A program made the position numbers and the translations under genes. A DNA stretch of 34,105 nucleotides from Promethearchaeota archaeon (GTDB taxonomy: Archaea; Asgardarchaeota; Lokiarchaeia; Sigyniarchaeales; SOKP01), in assembly GCA_018238625.1 (NCBI GenBank), contig JABCSY010000042.1, positions 1-34,105 on the forward strand. Reading direction: 5' to 3'. Below the pieces are notes generated by a model. That model saw only the letters and a list, made by a program, of their open reading frames with translations, was not told where the DNA came from and searched no databases. Positions 18,710-27,268 of this stretch are shown here, piece by piece; positions within the stretch are counted from its first letter, which is position 1, and each line of letters starts with the position of its first letter.

Positions 18710-19318
18710 TCATTTTGGCGCTTCTGATTGAATTTCTTCAAAATTGGTTACGTAAATTTGCCCCTCTAAGGATGTTTTAACCCATTGAGTTAACCAAGGA
18801 CAATGTAAAGGATTAAATTGGTCGAGATTTGTTTTATTACACTTACCCGTAAAGGGACAAGTTAAACATGGTTGATGTGAAAAAATATCTAAAATGAAAT
18901 CATTTTTCTCTCTTTCAACTTGAATATCCTTAGCTTCTACATCGATTTTTTCAATTATAGTAATACGCTTTACCCAAGAAGCTTCCAATAATTCGCGATT
19001 TATATTAATTTTAGATTGTAAATATAGAGTATTTACAATTTTATCGAGTTCAAGTCGCTTTTTGTTTGTAAGCTCTAATAACCTAAAAAAAAACACATCT
19101 TTTTCTCGACTAATAATTCTAAGAACCGCTTTCTCATCTTTTCTTAAACTGCGCGATCCTTCTTTCTTTCTATCTTCGATCCTTTCTAACCTTCTTTCAA
19201 CATCAGATTTATCGGACTCTTCTGAACCCTCGAGCCTCTCCTTTACTTTACACTTGTGTCGACTAAGGTAAGCGAAACTATTACCACAATAGGGACAAAC
19301 TTCTTTTTTTTTTGCCAT
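18710..19318 (-). CDS. TFEbeta / RPC34(C39)-like protein: N-terminal Zn finger, winged helix and C-terminal 4-Cys Fe-S motif
   Basis: C-terminal PCLTCPFTGKC-x8-PLHCPWLTQW matches the RPC34/TFEbeta pattern PCxxCxxxxxC...PxxCxx(L/M)xxW. There is a central wHTH-like segment and an N-terminal CPYC-x9-HKC. Confidence 0.72.
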   Translation of the reverse strand: MAKKKEVCPYCGNSFAYLSRHKCKVKERLEGSEESDKSDVERRLERIEDRKKEGSRSLRKDEKAVLRIISREKDVFFFRLLELTNKKRLELDKIVNTLYLQSKININRELLEASWVKRITIIEKIDVEAKDIQVEREKNDFILDIFSHQPCLTCPFTGKCNKTNLDQFNPLHCPWLTQWVKTSLEGQIYVTNFEEIQSEAPK

Positions 19319-19516
19319 TTTAAAAGAACTTAAAATTTTTTATAACAAATTATATAATTATATAAAAACAAATCTTAAAGTTAATATATTTAATAGTTTA
19401 TGTTGAATCAAAAATTAAATTTACGATTTAGCTATTATTCAAAAAATTAATAAATTAAACCAAGATTTTCTGAATTTATAAATTAATAGTAATTACACAA
19501 TTTAATCAGCTAAAAG

Positions 19517-20314
19517 ATGAGATCAAACAAATCAAGCACGGTAAATCTAAAAAAATCATTGATTATTAGTACAAAAAAGATTGTTAGCGAAATCGAAAGA
19601 AATAAACGAGAAAAATTTAACATTTCAACTGGTTCAAAAAAAATTGACGATGTTATTGGCGGTGGATTTCATTCAAACAAAACCTATATAATTTTTGGGG
19701 CGAATAAAACTGGAAAAACTCAATTATGTCATCAATTATCTGTTCAAGCTTATCACAAATCCTTTAAGTTGATCTATTTAGACACAGAAAACACATTTCG
19801 CCCCGAAAGGATAAGTGTATTGGCAATAACACAAGAACTTGAAAGCGAAAAGATTCTAAAGAATATTTTAGTATCTAAAATCATGAGTAATCCCGCTTTT
19901 TTACTAAAATTAAACGAGATAGAAGACGTAATCAAACAAAATAATGCAAAAATCCTTATCATTGACTCTATCAATAACTATTATAGATTTGAGCTTAGTG
20001 ATAAAGAAGTTTCATCTTTTCGAGCTAAAACAAGATTTTTGAAGATTTTGGAAAAAATTAATAATCTTACTCGTAAATATAATTTAATTACAATTTTAAC
20101 CGCTCAAGTTGCTCCAAATTTTATTGAAAACTCAATTATAAAGGAATTTCCCGTAGGATTGCGGTATTTGAATCACTATTTCTCTGAAGTTTTATATTTA
20201 AATCGTAAAGAAAGTGGGATGGATTATATACATTTATTAAATTCTCATCAGTTTCCTGAAAAGAAAACACGTTATACGATTACGAATAAGGGAATAGAGG
20301 AATACAAAATTTGA
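19517..20314 (+). CDS. RadA/Rad51 paralog lacking the N-terminal HhH domain
   Basis: ISTGSKKIDDVIGGG, GANKTGKTQLCHQL, YLDTENTFRPERI and LIIDSI. Confidence 0.88.
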   Translation: MRSNKSSTVNLKKSLIISTKKIVSEIERNKREKFNISTGSKKIDDVIGGGFHSNKTYIIFGANKTGKTQLCHQLSVQAYHKSFKLIYLDTENTFRPERISVLAITQELESEKILKNILVSKIMSNPAFLLKLNEIEDVIKQNNAKILIIDSINNYYRFELSDKEVSSFRAKTRFLKILEKINNLTRKYNLITILTAQVAPNFIENSIIKEFPVGLRYLNHYFSEVLYLNRKESGMDYIHLLNSHQFPEKKTRYTITNKGIEEYKI

Positions 20315-20317
20315 AAT

Positions 20318-21157
20318 TTAATTATCAAGAATTTTCTCTTTAAACATTTCTAATGTTAGATTTTTAAAATTATCTGAGATAATTTTCGAATTGATTATAT
20401 ACGCGGGATTTTTGATTCTGTTCATTAACCATTCAATAATTTGTAAAGCATATTGTAACTTTTTCAGTTTGATTGGGCTAGCCTTATGATTTTTTTGTAT
20501 TTCTGGTTTACTATATTTGCCTACAATGTTGTTAAAATCCATACCTATAAGATATAATTCGTGCTTAGGTAAAAGTAAAGACGATATAAAAGAAAGAATC
20601 CTGTCACCATCAGTGAAGCCACCAGAATTAACTAGATTTTCTACTGGTTCTACTTGGGTTGTTCCTATAACATTTGGAAAGTTAATTATTTCTCTATTAA
20701 AATGTTTTAGGTTAATTATATTATCTCCATGAGCGTGAACTATTACAAACTTTGATTGGTTAAAATCTCGCTTAGTAATGCCATCTAAGTCTGTAAAAAT
20801 TCCATCAATTTGAATTTTCCTTTCTGTTAATAATCGAGTGGCTCCATCTGCAGCTAAATTCACCCATTTACTGAAATCTTTTTTACCCTGTATTTTTAAA
20901 ATGTAATCAACAGTTTCTTCGAGCGAAGGTCCACAACCATAAATGAAAATCCTTTTCTTATCTTGAATAAGGTATTTAAAAGAAAGTAACACCCTCTCAA
21001 GCTTCCAATTTTCATTTTTTTCTTCTAAAATATTAGATAAAAACTCTCTCGCTTCACAATCTTTCTGATAGTCAAAATTAAAATCTTGTAGTATCTTAAT
21101 ATACCATTGTTTAAATTCAACAAACGAATCTATCTGTTTCTTAAGTGAATGTTTCAT
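20318..21157 (-). CDS. mptE: 6-hydroxymethyl-7,8-dihydropterin pyrophosphokinase (MptE, DUF115)
   Basis: GCGPSL, AADGAT, TDLDG, HAHGDN, GGFTDGDR, GMDF and VGKYSKP. Confidence 0.9.
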   Translation of the reverse strand: MKHSLKKQIDSFVEFKQWYIKILQDFNFDYQKDCEAREFLSNILEEKNENWKLERVLLSFKYLIQDKKRIFIYGCGPSLEETVDYILKIQGKKDFSKWVNLAADGATRLLTERKIQIDGIFTDLDGITKRDFNQSKFVIVHAHGDNIINLKHFNREIINFPNVIGTTQVEPVENLVNSGGFTDGDRILSFISSLLLPKHELYLIGMDFNNIVGKYSKPEIQKNHKASPIKLKKLQYALQIIEWLMNRIKNPAYIINSKIISDNFKNLTLEMFKEKILDN

Positions 21158-21292
21158 TTATATCGTTGTTTTGTTTTTAAAAATTTTTCTGAATAAAAAA
21201 ATTTTAAATCTATTATATAATTAGTTTTATCATACACTTAAATTCGATATTATAAAAATTTATAAAATTATAAACAAAAAGTTGAATATAAC

Positions 21293-21694
21293 ATGACAAT
21301 TTGGTATACAAAAACCCACCAATGGTATAATGATGAAAATGGTGAAGTAGGACTTACTCCTTTTGCAGCTGAGCAATTAGGAGAAATCTCTTTTGTTGAT
21401 GTCGATGCACTTGAAGGTGCTGAACTTACTCAGATAACTATGGATGGAGATGAGCCCACTTCGGATCCAATTGACGCCACAGTTGAGTCAAGTAAAGCTG
21501 TTGGGGATATATATAGTCCTGTCTCTGGAACAGTTAAAGAAGTAAATGGCGATTTGATGGACGAGCCTGAAAAAATTAACGAAGATGGCTTCTCAGCTTG
21601 GTTATATAAGATCGACGCCTCAAATTGGGACGCAGAGAAAGGCAATTTACTAGACGAAGCCGCCTATAAAGCGTTTACAGCCTCGCTTAAATAA
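21293..21694 (+). CDS. gcvH: Glycine cleavage H protein (lipoyl carrier)
   Basis: YTKTHQW, FAAEQLGEI, lipoyl-Lys motif VESSKAVGDIYSPVSG and VNGDL..PEKINED..W. Confidence 0.92.
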   Translation: MTIWYTKTHQWYNDENGEVGLTPFAAEQLGEISFVDVDALEGAELTQITMDGDEPTSDPIDATVESSKAVGDIYSPVSGTVKEVNGDLMDEPEKINEDGFSAWLYKIDASNWDAEKGNLLDEAAYKAFTASLK

Positions 21695-21728
21695 ATCAAG
21701 TTTTTAGTCTTACTTAGAAAATTTATAA

Positions 21729-21744
21729 TTTTTTCTTTTTTTTT
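21729..21744 (+). terminator. Oligo-T terminator after gcvH
   Basis: T6-C-T9 run 35 nt after the stop. Confidence 0.5.
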
Positions 21745-21910
21745 AATTTTCCTTGAAAACTTTTAAATTATTTCAATAAGGTTTACTTTAGGATTAATGG
21801 ATTTCTTTCTGAAAATGAGTGTTTTTCCTCAATAAAAGCTAAGATTTAACTATTTTAAGCTTATTATAATAAATATAAAGAGTTTTATTCTATTTAGGGC
21901 GAAACTGGTA

Positions 21911-22441
21911 TTACACATTAAACAATTTTTCTCCAAGTTTAACCGTAATCATAGCCTGTAATGCAGCGAAAGCAATTATAATTAAAAGAATTCCTACAAC
22001 TAAATACCTAATGGCGACACTCTTCTCATAAACATATTGAGATGCTTGGTATAAAAAAATAAAACCTAAAGAACACAAAAAAATAAAAATTGAAGCGACA
22101 ATTCCTTCAATTATAAATGATTCATTAATGTCAGGATAAAGAAACATAGGTGCACCCGTTTGTGGATCAGCTCCCATTGCTGGAGGGTTTCTAATTATTA
22201 AATACACAATTCCAGTTTGTAAAAGGAACAAAACAATATAAACCACTATCGCAGATATTGATTTTCCTGGAAGAGGCATACTAATTCTAGGTCTTTTTAT
22301 GTCAGGAAATAATAATTTAGGTTTTCTTAGTGTTTTACCAAAAACCCAAGGGGTTTTATCTTTGATTTTTTCAAAAACAGTCTCTGAACCAATAACTTCT
22401 TCTTTAGCAAGCTTTGTTTTAGTGCTTCTTTCCTTTTGCAT
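21911..22441 (-). CDS. Oligosaccharyltransferase accessory subunit OSTC/DC2 (OST3/OST6 family)-like, 3 TM
   Basis: GIVYLIIRNPPAMG...INESFIIEGIVASIFIFLCSLGFIFL resembles the OSTC pattern GIIYDVIVEPPSVG...[26 protein letters not shown] (recalled, aligned by eye). Confidence 0.8.
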   Translation of the reverse strand: MQKERSTKTKLAKEEVIGSETVFEKIKDKTPWVFGKTLRKPKLLFPDIKRPRISMPLPGKSISAIVVYIVLFLLQTGIVYLIIRNPPAMGADPQTGAPMFLYPDINESFIIEGIVASIFIFLCSLGFIFLYQASQYVYEKSVAIRYLVVGILLIIIAFAALQAMITVKLGEKLFNV

Positions 22442-22526
22442 AATAATCGTAGAATTTTATTTCTTTGTTTTATAAATTTCTTTTGAATTAAAATTTTTTT
22501 AAAAAAGAAATAATTATTCTAGTTAT

Positions 22527-24032
22527 TTAAACTAAATTTTTAAGTAAAGCAATTAAAAATTTCCAGACTTTCTCTACGCTTCTTATCTTTAGCCTTTCGT
22601 CAGGAGAATGGCCTCCCAAAACATCGGGACCAAAAGATATCATTTCCATGTCTGGAAAATGGTGGCTAAAATAGGAACATTCTAATCCCGCGTGGATTGC
22701 TTGAATAATAACATCTTCGTTAAATAGGTCTTTATATACCGATTTGGATATGCTCGTAATTTTTGAGTCAAAATCCGGTGGCCAACTAGGATATTCAGTA
22801 TCAATAGTTTTATTGAATTCTAAGCCAGACATCTTTAATAAAGTTGTAAATTTTTCATGGACAACATCTTTGTCATATTGGGCCAAACTCCTTTGACTTA
22901 TTTGAAATTCAATAAAATCTTCATGTGTTTTTAACGACGCTAAATTAGAAGATGTATGAACTAATCCCTTACTCGTCGGATGTAGAGAAATAGGTCCGTT
23001 AGGTATCAAATATAACAAGCTTAACAATTTATCTTGAATTTCTTTAGTCAATACGAGATCGTCTGTAAATGCGTTCAATGTTTCGAAAGAAACCTTAAAA
23101 TTTGGCTCGATTTCATTATACAACTCTTGAATGTCTAATTTCAACTTTTTTATATAAGAATCGATTTCTGAAAACTTATTTTTGTTTATAAAAATAATAG
23201 CGTGGCATTCTCTTGGAATGGCATTCGATAGATTACCCCCTTTTAAAGAATTGATATAAATTATATATTTTCTATTCAATTTCCATAAAATTTGGGCAAC
23301 TATTTTTAACGCATTACCTCGACCTTTATGAATATCTCCACCTGAATGCCCCCCAACTAAACCAGTCACGGAAATTTTAGTTGGCGTTAAATTAGCATCA
23401 AAACTATTTGTCTTTGTTTTTTCTCTTTTTATCTTTACAGTAAATGTTCTGCCTCCTGCGCAACCAATTGTGAAACGATCGTCTTCTTCCGAATCAAGAT
23501 TTAATAGATATTTTCCTTTAATCAAGTCTTTATTTATTTGACTCGCGCCCGTAAGGGCTCTCTCTTCATCTACTGTAAATAATAAGTCCAAATCAATTGA
23601 ATCAAAACTTAAACTACCTTCGTGGATTTTCTTCATAATAGCAAGCTGATACGCGATCCCCACGCCATTATCTGCTCCCAATGTTGTTCCTTCCGCAGTT
23701 AGCCATCTTTCACCTTCAATTTCAACGATCTTTAATTTTAACGGATCTTTTGAGAAATCGTGAATAACATCTTCATTTTTTTCACACACCATATCCATGT
23801 GACTCTGTAAAACTACTCCCAAACTCCCTGAATTATACCCTATTTTGGACGGGATTCGCACAACGATATTTTTAATTTGGTCAACCTCAGTTTGAAAACC
23901 TAATTTCTCAGCTTCTTTCTTAATGTATTCTCTCATCTGATCTTCGTGAGCTGAACATCGAGGAATTTTTGTAATTTGATAAAAATATTGCCAAAACTCT
24001 GAAGGTTCGCCAAGTTTTTTTAAATTTTCCAT
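22527..24032 (-). CDS. pepD: Aminoacyl-histidine (beta-Ala-His) dipeptidase, M20C
   Basis: LQSHMDMVCEK, TTLGADNGVG, TVDEE, NLDSEE, GGHSG, IHAGLEC and HSPDE; ATG 24032 is preferred over TTG 24047. Confidence 0.95.
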   Translation of the reverse strand: MENLKKLGEPSEFWQYFYQITKIPRCSAHEDQMREYIKKEAEKLGFQTEVDQIKNIVVRIPSKIGYNSGSLGVVLQSHMDMVCEKNEDVIHDFSKDPLKLKIVEIEGERWLTAEGTTLGADNGVGIAYQLAIMKKIHEGSLSFDSIDLDLLFTVDEERALTGASQINKDLIKGKYLLNLDSEEDDRFTIGCAGGRTFTVKIKREKTKTNSFDANLTPTKISVTGLVGGHSGGDIHKGRGNALKIVAQILWKLNRKYIIYINSLKGGNLSNAIPRECHAIIFINKNKFSEIDSYIKKLKLDIQELYNEIEPNFKVSFETLNAFTDDLVLTKEIQDKLLSLLYLIPNGPISLHPTSKGLVHTSSNLASLKTHEDFIEFQISQRSLAQYDKDVVHEKFTTLLKMSGLEFNKTIDTEYPSWPPDFDSKITSISKSVYKDLFNEDVIIQAIHAGLECSYFSHHFPDMEMISFGPDVLGGHSPDERLKIRSVEKVWKFLIALLKNLV

Positions 24033-24131
24033 AATTCTCGCTTCCAATGAAAATATAAATATGAATTATTTTTTATTACTTAGTAAAAATAATATTTAAT
24101 TGCTTATAATATTAATAAAAGAGGTAATTTA

Positions 24132-25244
24132 ATGAGTAGTTGGAAGGATCTCTATTCTGAAGTTAAACAGCGTAAAATGGAAGCGCTTGATAAAAAAGAC
24201 GTTGTAAAGGCAGTCGAGAAGCACGGCAGAATACTCGCGGTTGAAGGTCGCTATGAAAAACCTAAAAAAGTAATAGATCACATGTATGCAGCAAAACATA
24301 TAACTATTAAACCTACTGATATCATGAAGTATAATTTAAGTGATTACGATGTCGTGTTGATAGGATGTCCGGGAGATAAAATCCCACATTCGGCTTTCCC
24401 TAAAATTAGTGAATATGTTTCGCTAAAAGGAGGGTGGATAATAACAACAGACTGGGCCATAAAACATATTGTGGAACCAATCTTTCCGGGATATATCCGA
24501 TGGAATAGAGAAAGAACTGCCGACGCTGTTGTTGCGTGTCAAATTCTTGAGCCAAATCACCCTTTCTTAGATGGAGTAATAAGTGAAATACAACAAGCAA
24601 AATGGCAAAAAGGATCGTCAAAAAACACTAAAAAAACTGAATTTAAGTGGTGGCTTGAAAATAGATCATTCCCAATTCAAGTTCTTAATCCATCCGTACG
24701 AGTATTAATCTCTTCTTTACGAATTCAGCAAAAATGGGGCGAAGCTCCCGTTTTATGTTATTTTGATCACGGAAAAACAGGAGGTCGCGTTATCCATTTA
24801 ATTTCTCATACACATCTACAAAAAGGCGGGGCAAAAGGTAAATACGCGTCAGCCTTAATATTAACAAATATTTTAGACGAGAAAGTTTCTTTAAAGATGG
24901 GACTATCTAAAAAACCTGCTCAAGGTTACGTTTCAAACTGGGAACAACCTCAACCTTATTCTCAGCATCAACAAACTGTTACGCCCTCTCAAGATAGTTC
25001 GTTTTTAACCCCTTCTAGTGCAAATACAGGGTTAACAGGGACTTCACAAATAGTTGAAGTGGACATAAATAGTAGTAATTTTTCTTTTGCAAATAAATGC
25101 AGTTATTGTGGCTATGATTTTGGTGATTACACAGGTAAAATATACATGTGCCAAGCATGTGGTACAAACTATCACGAAAACTGTCTTAACATGCAGATTA
25201 ATGAAGGAACATGTAAAAATTGCGGTAAAATATTGCTTTGGTAA
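24132..25244 (+). CDS. Class I GATase-like alpha/beta domain, Q/S/T/P-rich linker and C-terminal C4HC3 (PHD/RING-variant) finger
   Basis: YDVVLIGCPG and GGWIITTDWA in the N-terminal domain; C-x2-C-x13-C-x2-C-x4-H-x2-C-x9-C-x2-C at the C-terminus; SD GAGGT upstream. Confidence 0.75.
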   Translation: MSSWKDLYSEVKQRKMEALDKKDVVKAVEKHGRILAVEGRYEKPKKVIDHMYAAKHITIKPTDIMKYNLSDYDVVLIGCPGDKIPHSAFPKISEYVSLKGGWIITTDWAIKHIVEPIFPGYIRWNRERTADAVVACQILEPNHPFLDGVISEIQQAKWQKGSSKNTKKTEFKWWLENRSFPIQVLNPSVRVLISSLRIQQKWGEAPVLCYFDHGKTGGRVIHLISHTHLQKGGAKGKYASALILTNILDEKVSLKMGLSKKPAQGYVSNWEQPQPYSQHQQTVTPSQDSSFLTPSSANTGLTGTSQIVEVDINSSNFSFANKCSYCGYDFGDYTGKIYMCQACGTNYHENCLNMQINEGTCKNCGKILLW

Positions 25245-25334
25245 ATTGTAACTTAAAAAAAATCTCCATTCAGAAATATTTTATTACATTACTTATTTTT
25301 CAATATATATTCTAATTTAAGGTGATTTAAGATT

Positions 25335-26624
25335 ATGAGTATAGAGCAAATTTATAATGCCGTAGATAATTTAGATAGAGAAAAAGTAATGAAAGTTATG
25401 AGAACTTTCATCAATATTGATACTACAGTCCCACCTGGAAATGCATATCGCCAATATGTTGATGCTTTAATCCCCTTTTTCAGAAATTTAGGTTACTCCT
25501 TGGAAGAAGTCGTTGTGCCAGAGGAATTGGTAAAACAAATACCATATCAGTTAGAAGGACCTCGAATTAATCTTGTTGCTACAAAAAACTTTGGGCGAGA
25601 TAAGGAAGTTAGCTTTTATGGACACATGGATGTTGTACCAGCTCCGAATGATGGAGAAAAAAAATGGCGTTTCCCACCATTTGAAGCAACTATGATTGGA
25701 AGTGGAAAGATTTATGGTCGGGGAACTTCTGACATGAAAGGTGCTATGGTCTGTCTGATATTAGCCCTTCAAATAATTGAAGAACTAAAATTAACGCCAA
25801 AATATAACATTAATGTAATGAATTGTACTGACGAAGAGATCGGAATATGGCCCGGAATACGCTATCTTGCAGAGAAGGGATACGTTAAAGGAACGGTATT
25901 CTGTATGGAAGGCGTAATTAACCCCATAATTCCTATCGGAACAGCAGGGGCGTTAAATGTTATAGTCGAATCTTTCGGAAAAAGTTGCCATTCAGGAATG
26001 AACTTTTTAGGAATAAATGCGTTAGAAGAAACTGTTCCAATATTAGTAGAATTAATGAAATTAAAAAAAATCGTTGAAGCTCGCGAAAGTAAAAACATTC
26101 CGGGATTACCTAGATTTGGAACGGGCGAAAAAAGAAATATGACACCAATGTTCAACTTAGACATTATACATTCGGGAACAAAAACAAATATAGTGCCTGA
26201 TTTATGTACTTTAACTATTAACCGAAGAGTAATCCCTGACGAAAATCTCGAGGATGTTAAGAAAGAAATCTCTGAATCAATAGAAAGAGGAAAAGCAAAA
26301 AGCAAATTACTAAATGTTAAAACTACTTTTATTTACGATTACCCACCTATGGTCGCAGATCCAAACGCTCCCGACATAACTAGGATGAAAAAAGTTATGA
26401 TGGAGGTCCAAAAAGTGCCAGAAAATAAAATTATGGTGGTCGGAATCGCTGGAAGTAGCGATATGGGTTATGTCTCTGAAATTCTAAAAACTAAAGATAT
26501 TGTTTTTCATGGAGTAGGAAACCCTGGTTCTAACGACCACGCTGTAAACGAACATGTTAAATTAAAAGAAGTTAAAACTTACATAAAAGAACTCATCGTT
26601 TTTCTCTGCGTGGATTTGGAATAG
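25335..26624 (+). CDS. M20 ArgE/DapE-family deacylase/peptidase
   Basis: GHMDVVP, YGRGTSDMKG, TDEEIG, GKSCHS and DHAVNE; SD AGGTG upstream. Confidence 0.92.
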   Translation: MSIEQIYNAVDNLDREKVMKVMRTFINIDTTVPPGNAYRQYVDALIPFFRNLGYSLEEVVVPEELVKQIPYQLEGPRINLVATKNFGRDKEVSFYGHMDVVPAPNDGEKKWRFPPFEATMIGSGKIYGRGTSDMKGAMVCLILALQIIEELKLTPKYNINVMNCTDEEIGIWPGIRYLAEKGYVKGTVFCMEGVINPIIPIGTAGALNVIVESFGKSCHSGMNFLGINALEETVPILVELMKLKKIVEARESKNIPGLPRFGTGEKRNMTPMFNLDIIHSGTKTNIVPDLCTLTINRRVIPDENLEDVKKEISESIERGKAKSKLLNVKTTFIYDYPPMVADPNAPDITRMKKVMMEVQKVPENKIMVVGIAGSSDMGYVSEILKTKDIVFHGVGNPGSNDHAVNEHVKLKEVKTYIKELIVFLCVDLE

Positions 26625-26635
26625 GTATCTCACTA

Positions 26636-26644
26636 TTTTTTTTT
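26636..26644 (+). terminator. Oligo-T terminator after the M20 gene
   Basis: T9 run 12 nt after the stop. Confidence 0.5.
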
Positions 26645-26685
26645 ATTCTTCTTATGATTTTATAAAAATTTTAATTTGTTAGGAT

Positions 26686-26797
26686 TGTATTACACCGATA
26701 TATCTTAGCATATTTCGGTAATGCATATAAATTTTCGTGAAAGGTGTGTTTCACGATCTATTAATTTAGTTAACTTCGGGTGGCTTTGGGTTATAGA
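26686..26797 (+). ncRNA. Candidate structured non-coding RNA (three consecutive hairpins)
   Basis: Hairpins at 26686-26725, 26735-26756 and 26757-26797 (the last with a cUUCGg loop). G-U pairs favour the + strand. TTTATAAAAA at 26659-26668 lies at TATA distance. Confidence 0.5.
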
Positions 26798-26895
26798 TAA
26801 AACTAGTAGGATATTGTTAAAAAATGTTAAAAAAAATTTAATTTAAAAATAAAAAAAAGAGTTTTCTAATAAATCTAAGAGGAATTTTTTGAATT

Positions 26896-27093
26896 TTATT
26901 CCTCAGTTATTGTTATGCATTCTTCAGGGCATTGTGTTTCACATGCCATGCAACCAACGCAATCGTCTCTATTATCTTCGAGTATATGCACTTTTCCACC
27001 CTCTGGTTCGCCAAAGCATTCGCTTGGGCAGACTTCATAACATGTTCCGCACCCGGTGCATTTTTCCAAATCAATTTTGATTCCGAATCCCAT
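26896..27093 (-). CDS. fdx: 2[4Fe-4S] ferredoxin (65 aa)
   Basis: CTGCGTCYEVCP and CVGCMACETQCP; the real start is MGFGIKID at 27093, and the upstream extension in the ORF track is AT-rich intergenic sequence. Confidence 0.95.
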   Translation of the reverse strand: MGFGIKIDLEKCTGCGTCYEVCPSECFGEPEGGKVHILEDNRDDCVGCMACETQCPEECITITEE

Positions 27094-27268
27094 AATTAAT
27101 ACCTTTTTGTTGTTTTTATTTCTTTTCGAAGTTTTTTTTTGAATATAGATAAACTTTGATATTGAGAATTGCGTAAAAAATTTAAATTTCTTTCTTATTT
27201 TGAAATGATCAAAGATAATTTGAAGAAAATTTATGAGTTTTATTTGCTGAGAATATAAAAAAAAAGAA

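Noticed and set aside
26686-26797. Interpreting the hairpins as a SECIS element, tRNA or hammerhead ribozyme
   Set aside because: Neither flanking gene has an in-frame TGA, and I see no AUGA/GA quartet, cloverleaf with T-loop or CUGAUGA core.
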